A stretch of 42,954 nucleotides of DNA from positions 1 to 42,954 of the forward strand of contig JAUCBJ010008364.1 in assembly GCA_032718475.1 (NCBI GenBank), given 5' to 3'. This document shows positions 11,778 to 25,260 of this stretch, piece by piece (position 1 is the stretch's first letter; each line of letters starts with the position of its first letter). The translations under genes and the position numbers were made by a program. Below the pieces are notes generated by a model. It had not been told where the DNA came from. It made no database searches and worked only from the letters and a program-made list of their open reading frames with translations. Source of the DNA: Nemertoderma westbladi. Lineage: Eukaryota > Animalia > Xenacoelomorpha.

Positions 11778-12746
11778 ATGCACACTTTCCTTTTGGGTCA
11801 ACCAGAAAGTAGAGCTAGTGAATCGCCGAACGAAGTATCAGGTGAGGATGGCCACGGGAATTCCGACTCGCAGTGGATAACCCAAGGCCCTAGGAAATTG
11901 CAGAAACATTCCAAATCGGTATCGTTGGACAAGGGAGCAAGTTTCGAGGACAAACTTCAACATTGCGTTAAGAAAGCAATTAAATCAAACAACGATGAAC
12001 TGGAATCTAAATGCACGCTTTTCGTGGAGAAGTTGGAAGAGACTACCTCCCCCAAAGACGACTGTCTGGCGGTTGATCGTCTCCTAGCCTACCTTGAGTG
12101 TTCATCAGCAACCATTACCAGTGTTCGACGGCTTAGAAGAGCACCTCAATCCAAAAGTCCAGGTCTCATTGAAGTCGTATTCTCATCAATGGCAGACTGC
12201 GATAAGATTATGGGGAATAGACAGAGCCTCGCCTCATCGGAGGAATTCCGTCGCACGTTTATCCACCCCAGTTTATCTGAGAATGTTCGCAAAGAATGGG
12301 ACATCCTTCGCGCGCACTCCTTTATAACGTATTCTGCCGACAACTCGTTGTCGCTATTCGCTGTCTATAATAATCGAACCGAATCGTACTGCCTTCGAAA
12401 GCGACTCAACGGAAAGATCGCTTGGCGGTCCGATATCCAGCTGTCAAGTGAGGAGCGGAAAATAGCCTCTGAACATGTCTCGTCGATGAAACGATCACCT
12501 CGTGGCCAGATGAGACAACCACCACAAGCGGCCGGATCATCCACCAGCAACCCCCCTTCTAGACTAACTTCCAGTGAGATCTTAACCTCTACAGGCCCCA
12601 TGGCTACCGATTGTGATGGGACCCCAGTTGCCATGGTTACTGCTACTGGCCGTGTTGCTCCAGGCACCACCGCTTCCGACCCAGTTCCCGTTGTTTGGAG
12701 TTCCGCTACAGAAAGCTCAGACACATCTGGCTTGGAAAACCTTTAG
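11778..12746 (+). CDS. LINE ORF1-like protein (322 aa)
   Basis: Lies directly upstream of EN-RT. VRRLRRAPQSKSPGLIEVVF resembles the RL....PR.I.V.F motif of LINE ORF1 RRM-like regions. Confidence 0.7.
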   Translation: MHTFLLGQPESRASESPNEVSGEDGHGNSDSQWITQGPRKLQKHSKSVSLDKGASFEDKLQHCVKKAIKSNNDELESKCTLFVEKLEETTSPKDDCLAVDRLLAYLECSSATITSVRRLRRAPQSKSPGLIEVVFSSMADCDKIMGNRQSLASSEEFRRTFIHPSLSENVRKEWDILRAHSFITYSADNSLSLFAVYNNRTESYCLRKRLNGKIAWRSDIQLSSEERKIASEHVSSMKRSPRGQMRQPPQAAGSSTSNPPSRLTSSEILTSTGPMATDCDGTPVAMVTATGRVAPGTTASDPVPVVWSSATESSDTSGLENL

Positions 12747-12839
12747 GGGGAGAAGCTGCCACTACTGGGAATGTTACCATCGAGTCTGCGAGCCCGATGA
12801 CTCCTGGAAATGGGGACACTTTACATGGATCTATTCCAT

Positions 12840-15643
12840 CCACATTTCTTAAATGTTACCTTATGAACAGTCAGAGTTTAGGTAATAAACTTCCTGAGCT
12901 TAATTTGTTTCTAGAAACATGCGATTATCATGTTGTTGGTGTCACTGAGACATGGTTACGTGATACTATAACTGAGCTTGAGAAACTAAACGGAAAACGG
13001 TATAATGTTTTTAGAAAAGACCGAATTAATACAATCGGACGGGGTGTGGCTTTATTTGTGCTTAAATCCCTGAAATGTACACAGATATTTTTAAACAGTA
13101 AGTTTTCTGATTGTGAAGTTGTTGCTATCGATATATTAGGGGACGCACCTACCCGTTTAATTTGTATTTATCGATCTCAGTCTGGAAACTCAATCGAGGA
13201 TATTACCCTATTATGTGAATGTATTTCGTCACTTACTGATGTTAATTACCCAACTGTCTGTATCGGTGATTTCAATCTCCCAGATTTTAACTGGGAAGAA
13301 ATGTCTTTTCCTATCAACGATATTTATAGTTGATTTTTCAACTGTATTAATGAAGATGGATTTACCCAGTTAGTAGACAAGCCCACTAGAGGCAATAATA
13401 TCCTTGATTTGGTGTTCACTACAGAAGTGTTATATGTGTCAGTAGTGTTCTAGTAAATCCCCCCTTTTGTAGTAGCGACCACAGCACAGTCACTTTTAAT
13501 TTATGTGGCCCTTACCAATTTTTCGAAAGTGACACATTGCAGTATTTTGATTTCAAAGATGACGATTATACATCTTTTTCTAATTATTTCGATTCTCAGA
13601 ATTGGCACGATATTTTTAGTTCTTGTACTACTATAGACGATCATTGGTGTGCTTTTGATTGCGTATTAAAACATGGTATTAATCAATTTGTGCCTAAAAA
13701 GTAAATATCTAGTGATTTCAAAAAGAAATACCCGCTTCATATTAAACAGTTACAACGTAAAAAGAAATTGCTCTGGCGAAGGCGCCATACCATTCAGGGT
13801 AAAAAAGAGTACAAAAAATGTACTAAGGAAATCACTAGAACAATATTCAGGTATTCATGTTTGAAAGAGAATAAAATATTAGAATCTGGTAAACCAAATG
13901 CTATTTTTAGTTATATAAACTCCAAAAGAAATTATAAATCCGGTATAGCTCCTCTAAAGTTTAATGGCGAAGTCATTGTTTGTGATACCACTAAATCTAA
14001 GATATTTCCAAAGTACTTTCCGAAAATTACTGCGAGGACAACAAGTCTACACCGTATTTTGATAATGTGGCACCGCCAAATATTTCACTGCACGATGTTA
14101 ATTTTAATCCCAATGTTGTTTTTAATGTGTTGCGCAATTTACCTAGTAAAACTAGTAATACCCCCGATAGTCTACCTAGCAATTTGTATAAGAACCTGGT
14201 ACGCCAACTAGCGGCGCCGTTGTCAGCTATTTTTGAATTGTCATTCATTTCGCACGCTTTACCCTCTATTTGGTGTACAGCAATGTAATACCTATGTATA
14301 AAAAGGGAGACTCATCTAACCCGTATAATTACAGACCTATTTCACTTACATGTGTTGCGTGCAAAGTAATGGAAACGATCATAAATAAGGAGTTACTATC
14401 GTATCTATTAACTAACCGCCTAATCTCTAAGCAGCAGCACGGATTCTTAAAACGTAAATCAACTGCGACTCATTTAATTGAGTGCAATAATGATTGGTTT
14501 CGGATTCTGGACAAACGGAAAGATGTTGATGTTGTTTACATTGACTTCGAGAAGGCCTTCGACAAGGTCGTCCACGCCAAACTATTGCTAAAACTTGCTG
14601 CTTACGTAATTCCCGGTAATTTGTTAGCTTGGTTTCATTCTTTTTTATCAAATCGTAAATTTCGTGTGCTTCTTGGTATAAATTATTCAGATTTTGTTGA
14701 CGTCATATCGGGTACCCCTCAAGGTTGTGTGGTAGGCCCTGTTTTATTTATTATATTTATTAATGACCTACCTAATAATTTGCATGCTGTTAGTACTAAA
14801 CTATGCTGATGCTGATGATCTAAAAATTTACGCTGACCATAGTAAACACGTTGACATTCAGTGCGCTTTGGATACATTGTCGATTTGGTGTAATACTTGG
14901 CAATTGAGTGTTGCTACTTCTAAATGTCATGTTTTGCATATTGGGAATCGTAAACTGGATCAAAGTGATTATGTTCTCAATGGTATTTGTCTCAAAGTTA
15001 AATCAAGTTGTAAAGATCTAGGTATTACCATGTGCAACGATTTAAAATTTAGTAAATACAGTACTGTAAGGAGCAGGTTCTTAAGGCGTACAAGGTCATA
15101 AATATAAATATTATATTTCGGTGTTTTTATTCTTCCAATATGAAATCATTGTTAACTGCTTATAGATCCTACGTGCGACCATTATTAGAATTTAATACAG
15201 TTGTCTGGTCACCCCATCAGCTTTTCAATATTAAACTAGTTGAACGTGCGCAACGTTATTTTACCCGCAGGCTTTTTAAGAGGTGCAATATCTCATACCT
15301 AGATGATAGCTACCTAAATAGGCTGGCATTTCTTAATTTGCAACCTCTCCAAGCTAGGCGTATTATTTTTGATTTGCATTTGGTGTATAACATGTGTCAT
15401 GGTAAAGTAGATATTCAGTTTAGCGATTTTTTCGAGTATGTCCAACACCCGGGTCTTCGTGGTCATAATTACAAGTTATACATACAGTCTAGCCGCTTAG
15501 TAATATCAAATAACCGTTTTTCCCAACATACAGTAAATGCTTGAAACAGTTTACCTCACGATGTTGTTAATGCGCCGAATGTTATCACTTTCAATCGTCT
15601 GCTTAAGAATGTAGATTTAAGTCATTTGTATAGTTTTAATTAA
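12840..15643 (+). pseudogene. Disrupted EN-RT ORF2
   Basis: EN motifs VVGVTETWL, GDFN, SSDH. RT motifs NYRPISLTC, QQHGF, YIDFEKAFDKV, GTPQG..GPVLFIIFIND. The catalytic motif reads YADADD because of a 6-bp duplication. Several stops and frameshifts. C-terminal LRGH motif. Confidence 0.9.
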
Positions 15644-16529
15644 TTATGATTTATCTATACGCCTATTTGCAACCTCTTAACCTACAGTAATTTACATACC
15701 TGCACGATTTTGATGTTTTTATTTGTTGTGAATGTTTGTAAAATTGGTTTTTAGATCTAATTAGTATTTTTAATTTTATCTTTAATTTTAGTTGGGCCCC
15801 TATTAGTGCTTTTACGCCTTGGCGGTCTTCTCCCTCCTAAATCCTAACATACATAATCTTTCCGGTTTCACATTATTTATTCATATTACATTATGTCCTA
15901 TGAGTATTAATTTACCATACAATTCTGTATGCAATTTTATTTCGAGTGCATATGTTAAATGGAGAGCAAATACAATACAATACAATAAACACTGTACCCG
16001 GGGAAACACAGCTCCATCATCAGCAGTGTACTGTGAGTCCCTACCCTATCTAAATACAGCACAATACCAATTGACCAATATAATACAGGAAATGAAACCA
16101 AATACTGAAATAGAGAACTAAACAAATCAGATAACAAAACTGATACCATTAAAGCCTAAATAAAATACATGAAACAAAAATTAGAATGAACCCAAATGAG
16201 AATAGTGACCAAATAGTGAACTACTATATCTAACCTGCATAACAAATAAATCTATAATGGCTGTATTGCACAGTCTAATAATAGATATGTTATATAATGG
16301 TATGAATACAGCAGTAAATAACAACCCAAAGACCATACAGACACCCCCCCCCCCCCCCCCAAAAAAAAAAACACTGATAGAATAATTTCACCCAATAGGA
16401 ACTCCCAGAACTGTTCATATTTTATTGTACCCGATCAAATAAATTTTACCCGAGGTATGTGATACTACTTTTTAAACTGTAGCTACGTAACTGATATATT
16501 TTAAACTGTAAAGTTAATTTTATTTCAAG

Positions 16530-16794
16530 TTAAAAGTAAAGTAAATTTTCTTCGGCCGCGAGGCCAGGGATTACGCACAAAGTCTCACGACTTATTTCCA
16601 GTGCGGTCCCCCCAGAACTTCACTCCCCAGAGGAAACTCCAGTACTCATTTAGCTACCATTTAAGGATGCAAGGCAGAGATGCGCCCTGGCTGGTCCCTT
16701 TAAAGCATTCGTGCCGAAACGAAAACTGCCCTGGCCCATGTGAGGATCGAACCCACGACCTACAGGAGATGTGAATTCAATGCAACCACTACAC
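16530..16794 (-). mobile_element. tRNA-derived SINE
   Basis: Minus strand: A-box-like GTGTAGTGG, B-box GGTTCGATCC (16744-16753), central AGCTAAATGAGTAC motif and (TTTAC)n tail. Confidence 0.7.
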
Positions 16795-18045
16795 AAGTTT
16801 AATACCATATACACGTGATTTATTGTAAACTACTGTACAAAGTTAGACCATTTATGTTACCTAGGCAAGTCAATTTTATTATATAATTTTAAACATGTAT
16901 TATCCTGTCGTCCCTAAATTTACTGATTTACAGTAATTACAGTAATAACAACTTTTCGCTTGATTTTAATCCAATCAACTACATTTTATTTGCATTTCAG
17001 TTAACGTGCCAGATTCAATTAAACCCACAGCTTCAGATTGTGTTGTGTATTTTAATTATTTTTATCAGCCTCATCCACATAATATTCTACCACCATTATT
17101 AGCCATGTTTGGATTTTTAGTATTTTTAGATTCACCGCCCGAAATGTAATTGTATTTTGGTAATTTTTAAATTTGTCGGTCTACCTATCTTTTTAATTAT
17201 TTTTAAGTTCATCAGCCTCAGCCCCCCATGTTGTATTTTAATCATTTTTTAGTTAATCAATCCCACTACCACTTAAACTTCTCACCGCCACAACCATAAC
17301 CTACTTGAATTTTAATCATTTTTTAGATCGTCACTATCAACGCCCATTTCTAAATTTTTTTAAATATGTCAGTCCCTCCGCCTCATTCCACCTGTATTTT
17401 AATCGTTCACCAATCCGTTATGTTTGTATTTTAAATAATATTCATCGCCCGCTGTATTTTGAATTTCACTGGGACCCGTTTTTAAACGCGGTTCACCGCA
17501 TAAGGCTATCCCTCCATTTTAACGTTTGCAATTGGTACAGCTCATTAAGACTATTTTTAAACTTTTAATTAGGTAATCATAAATCGTGCTGATTAGACAA
17601 GCCCGATATCATAGACGTTCACTACACAGCTACACTATTTTCAGTTGCATTTTTATTTACTTTCAGTTTGATCAGTAAGCCCTATCTATTATTTAATTAT
17701 TGTTTATTGTTTAAGAACAATTCCCACACAAAGCATGCAGCACAGTGGTAATATACTGAAAAATATAATAATGTATGTGTATTATGTAAATACCGGTAGT
17801 GTAATTATTGTACTAAATATATTAATGCATACTCTGTGTAGATGGTGACTGGACGAGCAAGCCCATTACTCCACTCACCATTTACAGTCAATAACAAAAC
17901 ATACAATTACTTAAAGGGTCTACAGTACTAACTTATTCTACACCATACCGAAAGAAAGCCGCCCCAATATTAGATTATTACAACAACATATCCATTGGGT
18001 AAGAAAGTGGAGGAGAGCCAGCCCGTCTCTTATTTTATTCTCTCA

Positions 18046-18920
18046 TATTATTTACGTTATTTTGGTACGGTTTATAATATCGTACAGTATTGAGTAAACG
18101 GATATGTTCAAATATATTATATTGCATGCAAACACTACTGTAAAAATCCTAAATACTACTAAAATTAGTTGCCGTATTATTACAAAACATACAAATACTC
18201 AAATAGTTAAAGGGTCTAAAGTACTATTTATTAAACACCAAAACGAGAGAAAGCCGCCCCAATATTAGATTATTACAACAACATATCCATTGGGTAAGAA
18301 AGTGGAGGAGAGCCAGCCCGTCTCTTAATTTTTTACTTTATATTACGCGATCAATTTTCACTCATCTCGTCATGAACCCAACATGTATGTAACCTTTTGT
18401 TAAATTTGTTGGCTATGCGTTTGCAGTTGTTTGGGCGGAGTGTGGTAGGCCTACACTTTTCACACTTAAATATTTTGGTTGTGAAATGTTACAGGGCATA
18501 GCGATCTGAGATATTTCATTTATATTTTATTATGAGAGGAAGAAGAACATACAACGTTATTTACTATATTATATGTAACAAAATAATTGTTTTCGGGTTT
18601 AACTTGGAAGCCTCCCCAAATAGTTGATATACAATTATATTTAAAATTATTTCCATGGTCATGGTCATTCACCCATCTTTAGTTAGAAATTTGTTTGCAT
18701 GAAAGACAGTTTAGTTTAGTTTTTACTGATTTATTATCTCTTATCTGACTGGGGTAATAATAAAGGATAGGATAAATGGAAGCAAAGTGTGACAGTAACA
18801 AATATTTCCCCGTCACCCTAGCATGTGGGGCGAGCCACGAAGTTGGCGGAGCCTTAGCGAATTGACACTGTTAGGGGGTGGGTCAATTTATGCAAATAGT
18901 TGTCGTCGTCGTCGTTGTCG

Positions 18921-18952
<32 letters not shown>

Positions 18953-21900
18953 GTCGTCGTCGTTACGATTTTGACATGCTAATAACTTTGTCGGATTTAA
19001 AGCTGCCAAGTTGAAAATTTGTAGGTATCAATATGAGCAAAAGTTGAGATTTTTGAGAGACTTTCAGACACCATCAGTGCAATGGTCTCCCGCTAGAGGG
19101 CCACATGTCTAAACATTAAATGCCCTCCCATTTCTTTGCTTTTAATCCGTTTAAGCTGAAACTTGGCAGATATGTATTAGACCATTAGCTGTGACTTTCA
19201 AAGGAGGCGAATCCATCTGCAGTTCTCCAGTCTGCCGCTAGAGGGCCAACGTGACTATTTGCATAAATTGACCTACCCCCTAACAGTGTCAATTCGCTAA
19301 GGCTCTGCCAACTTCGTGCTGCGCGAAGTCCCCACTTCGTGTCTTAAGTATATGATATATCAAAGGGGGAAGTTTGGATTCACTGCATAAATGCAGTTCA
19401 CCAAACTTCCCCCGAATGCACACTGTAACTTCCCCCTTCACACAAATATCCACTGTTGAATTAATTTGAAGCGATATATAATAAGTACAAAATTGTGCGA
19501 GTTTTTAATTGTGTGGTCCATTTGTTGTTTGATCTCTATTTATTGTTTTAAGTGCATTTAATATCACACTGGTTTTTAGAATATTATACTATACAACCTT
19601 ATGTTTTATTAATTTACCCAATCGAAGCCTCATAAGGGCCGGTTATTTGTACGCATATCCCCTAATGCGATCAGTAAGGTTCAAACAACATATTAATATG
19701 GAAATAAAGTATCTGCAAAGAAAAGAACCCAATACTATATAATTTGACCTTATTAAAAAATTTGCACTTTTGCACACTTATTTGTACAAATGCACTTTAG
19801 CAGATCGTAATGGTGGCTCTTATTTAACAAACTTATGTTTATCCTCTACCGATCTACGATGGTGTATGATCAAGTGTCAGTCACTAAAAGTGTCAAAAAT
19901 CCAATTTAATAAATCTGGATTTGCGATTTTGGACCATATTCATGGAAATTTTAAGTCACTTTATAGACATAAAAAGTTAAACAAATGTTACGATTATAGT
20001 TAGAAATCATTCCAAACTACATTTTAATCCAAAAAATAACATTCTACGATGAATAGAACTGGAAATAATAGTGTTTGAAATATCGAAAAAATGTTCACTA
20101 TTTAAGTGCATTTTGCACTAAGTGCACATAAGTCTTTTCCCAAGTTTTATCCTATTTCACACACTACGATCTATTCTCTATCCAATGAAAAAAGTTTCAG
20201 ATTAAACGGCCCTGTAGAACCGAAGTTATTTATGTTTAAAAATAGTCACTCGAAAATTTCAAATTCTCTTGGTCACATAGTCTAGTGGTTATCAATCATG
20301 TTAATGAAACCTAAGTTCGCGGGTTAGAAATCCAATATTGACCTGAACATTCTTAATTTTTTTGCAAAAAAAATTATTTTTATTTTTTCACTAAAATCGC
20401 TCTAACTTTGGTTCTTGTGGTCCAAATTCAATAAAATTGGTTTATTCTTTGCCGTAATTTTTTTCTTAATCTTTTGAGAAGGGGTTATTTTTGGCCCCAA
20501 AAAAATTAAAAAAAAGGGCCAAAATAACGCGATATTTTTCGACCCTTAAAATTCGTAATTTTAACTATATATGTTAAGATAAAAGATAGCGGAGTTAATT
20601 TGATACTTTTTACAGGTACTTTTGGCGCAATACGCTAAATTATAATGGAATAGCGATTTGTTAAGGGGGGGGTACACCATTTTCGGACAACTCTTCGATT
20701 TATCACTCTCAGCGTTTCAAAATTGTTTGGTTTTGGCTAAAATTTGGCATATAGGTGCCTAAGATGCTATTCTACATGACAGGTCAGAAAAAAAAAATTT
20801 TCCGCTATTTAATATTAGTTAATACTAGTTAACAATAAAAAAAACTTGGTTGCGCTTAAAACCCTAAGGCTTTTACAGTTTTGATTCTAATCACATGAAA
20901 GTTTTTTTATATGATAGATCAAAGATGGGGCAACATAACTATCAGGCGAAATTTTGTTAAAATAATTCTGCACCGCTAGATGGCGCTGCAAATTTATGCT
21001 AATTTTTAGGTTTTTTATAAATAGTATTACATTTTATTAACAAAAAATTCCGAAAAGTTGCCTGATACTTTTATGCAGGGTGGCTATCTAGACACCCACA
21101 GGAAGTTTCAGACTAATTACTCAAAAATTGTAGACGTAGTAGGGTTTTGAAGTTGACAATTTCATAAAAAAAATATTTGGAGATAATCGACCTTTCATTA
21201 TACATAGTATTAGTAATTTCAATAGGATTCCCTAAATGGAAATTTACATAACTTGAAAACTAAAAGAGCTATTAAATAGCGGTTTTCAGATTTGGAAACA
21301 CCATTCAATGGTGCATTATAATAGACCATAAAAAAAATTTCGACATATTTTGGACCAAAATGGTTTACCCCCCCCTTAAAAAAAAAAAATTGTCGTCCCT
21401 TTTTATAAATATTATATTTCACACGATCGCCTGCCGCTCCAGTTTTATAATACCTGCGGCGCTGTGATTAACGCTGTTAGATAGATAATTTAACGCACTA
21501 TAAGTCTGTGTAAACAAATCTCCCGTAAGTTAAGTAGTTTTCGAGCTAGACGATTTCCCGCGAAGCAAGTTTGAAGCGCGAAATTATAATTTTGGCCCTC
21601 ATTTTTTTAATATTATCCTTGGAGCAAAACCGATAGCATATTTGAATTCCCAGTATGGATATTGACTGTATAGAATGTACCTTAACCAACTAAAGTTAAA
21701 AATAAAAATTATTCGATAAAAACTACTTTACAAATTCTGGCCCTTTTTGGCCCCTATTGCCGACATATTTTTTGTACCCCCATTCGATAGGAACGTAGCC
21801 CCAATTGTCTTCTACGAGTTTCATAAAAGAATTAGTGGATTCCTACCCGCGTTGTCGAATTAAACTTTTCGGAAATAAGTTTTCCAAAAAAGACGGACAA

Positions 21901-24375
21901 AAACGTACAAATTTACAGCCCCTTTTTCCACCCGAAATTTTAATAAATATCTTACCCCCATTCGATACGAAGGTAGTACCACTCTTCCCCTTTCCAACCG
22001 CGCTACTTTTGTCCCCGTACGATTAATATTAGCCGAGTTATAGCGGATCCCGCAAAGTCATTTTGTCTGTTTTTTCAACTTTGACGGACATTTTCGGAAA
22101 AAAGGCGTGGTAATCTTTTTTGAAAAAAAAAACGAATTCACTAATTAATCCCTTCTATCGTATTCCGGCGTCGGCTAAGCAATAACCTAGGGTTTTTTCG
22201 AGCCACTGTAGAGCGCCTTTCCAAAAAATTTTAAAATTGTCGAAAAAATGACGGTTTTTTGTCCGCAGTGTCCGTCAAAGGGTTAGATTTAATAATGTTA
22301 GAGTTGCTAATATCTTAGAATTCCAAGCCGCTCCCCTGGTGAGAAAATAAAAAAATTTGGTCAGTTCCTTCATCGAAAAGTCCCCCAGAATCCCAAGTTA
22401 ACCTATATAGTTAGCGAAGGCCTGCGGCTTTAGGAGCGGCCGCGGTATTCACCTCCCTCATAGCGGCCGCGGCGGTGTTGCGTCAAATGGAGAAATATTT
22501 ATCCCACCAAGAAGATGAAACATTGTGCGAAAAATATTATTTACGTTATTTTGGTACGGTTTATAATATCGTACAGTATTGAGTAAACGGATATGTTCAA
22601 ATATATTATATTGCATGCAAACACTACTGTAAAAATCCTAAATACTACTAAAATTAGTTGCCGTATTATTACAAAACATACAAATACTCAAATAGTTAAA
22701 GGGTCTAAAGTACTATTTATTAAACACCAAAACGAGAGAAAGCCGCCCCAATATTAGATTATTACAACAACATATCAATTGGGTAAGAAAGTGGAGGAGA
22801 GCCAGCCCGTCTCTTAATTTTTTACTTTATATTACGCGATCAATTTTCACTCATCTCGTCATGAACCCAACATGTATGTAACCTTTAGTTAAATTTGTTG
22901 GCTATGCGTTTGCAGTTGTTTGGGCGGAGTGTGGTAGGCCTACACTTTTCACACTTAAATATTTTGGTTGTGAAATGTTACAGGGCATAGCGATCTGAGA
23001 TATTTCATTTATATTTTATTATGAGAGGAAGAAGAACATACAACGTTATTTACTATATTATATGTAACAAAATAATTGTTTTCGGGTTTAACTTGGAAGC
23101 CTCCCCAAATAGTTGATATACAATTATATTTAAAATTATTTCCATGGTCATGGTCATTCACCCGTCTTTAGTTAGAAATTTGTTTGCATGAAAGACAGTT
23201 TAGTTTAGTTTTTACTGATTTATTATCTCTTATCTGACTGGGGTAATAATAAAGGATAGGATAAATGGAAGCAAAGTGTGACAGTAACAAATATTTCCCC
23301 GTCACCCTAGCATGTCTTAAGTATATGATATATCAAAGGGGGAAGTTTGGATTCACTGCATAAATGCAGTTCACCAAACTTCCCCCGAATGCACACTGTA
23401 ACTTCCCCCTTCACACAAATATCCACTGTTGAATTAATTTGAAGCGATATATAATAAGTACAAAATTGTGCGAGTTTTTAATTGTGTGGTCCAATTGTTA
23501 TTTGATTTCTATTTATTATTTAAAGTGCATTTAATATCACACTGGTTTTTAGAATATTATACTATACAACCTTATGTTTTATTAATTTACCCAATCGAAG
23601 CCTCATAAGGGCCGGTTATTTGTACGCATATCCCCTAATGCGCTCAGTAAGGTTCAAACAATATGAAAATTAAGTATCTGCAAAGAAAAGAACCCAATAC
23701 TATATAATTTGACCTTATTAAAAAATTTGCACTTTTGCACACTTATTTGTACAAATGCACTTTAGCAGATCGTAATGGTGGCTCTTATTTAACAAACTTA
23801 TGTTTATCCTCTACCGATCTACGATGGTGTATGATCAAGTGTCAGTCGCTAAAAGTGTCAAAAATCCAATTTAATAAATCTGGATTTGCGATTTTGGACC
23901 ATATTCATGGACATTTTAAGTCACTTTATAGACATAAAAAGTTAAACAAATGTTACGATTATAGTTAGAAATCATTCCAAACTACATTTTAATCCAAAAA
24001 ATAACATTCTATCCCGGCGTCGGCTAAGCAATAACCTAGGGTTTTTTCGAGCCACTGTAGAGCGCCTTTCAAAAAAATTTTAAAATTGTCGAAAAAATGA
24101 CGGTTTTTTGTCCGTCGAAGGGTTAGATTTAATAATGTTAGAGTTGCTAATATCTTCGAATTCCGAGCCGCTCCCCTGGTGAGAAAATAAAAAAAATGGG
24201 TCAGTTCCTTCATCGAAAAGTCCCCCAGAATCCCAAGTTAACCTATATAGTTAGCGATGGCCTGCGGCTTTAGGAGCGGCCGCGGTATTCACCTCCCTCA
24301 TAGCGGCCGCGGCGGTGTTGCGTCAAATGGAGAAATATTTATCCCACCAAGCAGCTGATACATATTATGTGAAAA
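18046..24375. repeat. Tandem duplication: 4.5-kb unit (18046-22535) and an internally deleted 1.85-kb unit (22536-24375)
   Basis: Direct sequence similarity. The second unit lacks 18827-19342 and about 20047-22160. The duplicated 77-aa ORFs at 19770 and 23735 reflect this. Confidence 0.9.
18827..19342. mobile_element. MITE/HINE-like element with ~65-bp inverted repeats and a (GTC)n microsatellite
   Basis: 18836-18900 is inverted at 19254-19318. (GTC)n at 18901-18962. Absent from the duplicate at about 23315 (CTAGCATGT|CTTAAG), with TGT at both junctions. Confidence 0.85.
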
Positions 24376-24568
24376 ATATTACTTACAGTATGGTTTATAA
24401 TGTTGTACTACAGTATTGAGTATCCGGATATGTTCCAATATAGTCTATTGCATGCAAGGACTACTGTAAAAATACTAAATACTACTAATATTAATTGAAC
24501 AGTTCGAAATTACAACATCATTAGAAAATAAAGAAAGTAAGACTAATAAATTAATTAATAGTACAGAC

Positions 24569-25260
24569 TTATTGGCCATTTAGAAGCAAACCTTCCAAAG
24601 CACGCTTAAACACGGTAAGACTTTGAGATTGGCGCACAGATGGTGGGATGGAATTCCATACTGTAGGGGCTTGGACTCTAATAGATTGTCGGGCTATTTC
24701 GAGTTGAGTACGAGGTATTACACAGTTGTTGTTTGTGGAGCTACGTGTACGGTGGTTATGCGTAGTTGACGTGAGCGTTAGTAATGATGGAAATATATCA
24801 GGGGGAAGTAGATTGTGTAAGTACTTGTAACATAGTAAACCAACTTGTTTGATATAAATAGATCTTATGGTTAGGGGATTCAATTCGGTGTGTCCGCTAT
24901 CAGTAACTATGTTTTTTGCTCTCTGTTGTAACTTATGTAGTTAACAGAAGTGGTTCTCTCTGCTGTATTCCGTCTGCGTCTACGTCGTCTGCACCTGCGC
25001 GTGGTCGATAAAGTAATGGATGGGGAGTTGTTTTGTTAGTGTTTTAAATGCCCAGACAGCAGTGCAATTAGTAAAAGTATGGGCTCACCAGTGAGTGATA
25101 AAGTGTAGCTAACACAGTGGGAGTTGCAAAATTTTTAATTTTATTTAATAAACCTATAGTTCTACTGTACTTACCTTACTGCGTATGGAATCCAGGTGAA
25201 ACTTCCAGCTGAGATTCTCATGTATCATTACGCCCAAGAACTTTTACTTGTTTAATTGGT
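24569..25260 (-). pseudogene. C-terminal fragment of an L2/CR1-group LINE ORF2
   Basis: Minus-strand frames give KFLGVMIHENLSWKFHLDSIRSK, LYHSLVSPY...AVWA and YKYLHNLLP...HNHRTRS...APTVWNSIP...FKRAL. Frameshifted. Confidence 0.85.

Larger units (their letters stand above)
11596..15990 (+). mobile_element. CR1-group (CR1/L2-like) LINE with a decayed ORF2
   Basis: ORF1, then EN-RT ORF2 fragments, a 3' UTR and a (CAATA)n tail at about 15968-15988. Candidate TSD AATAAACACT at 11586-11595 and 15984-15993 (AT-rich, so uncertain). Confidence 0.85.

Noticed and set aside
18823-19014. Arg-rich protamine-like ORF
   Set aside because: It is a translation of the (GTC)n microsatellite inside a MITE.
19770-20003. 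77-aa ORF present twice (also 23735)
   Set aside because: TTG start and no motifs. Its conservation is explained by recent duplication.
20271-20335. tRNA-like sequence (TAGTCTAGTGGTT...GGGTTAGAAATCC)
   Set aside because: The B-box is degenerate and no cloverleaf forms. At most a decayed SINE head.
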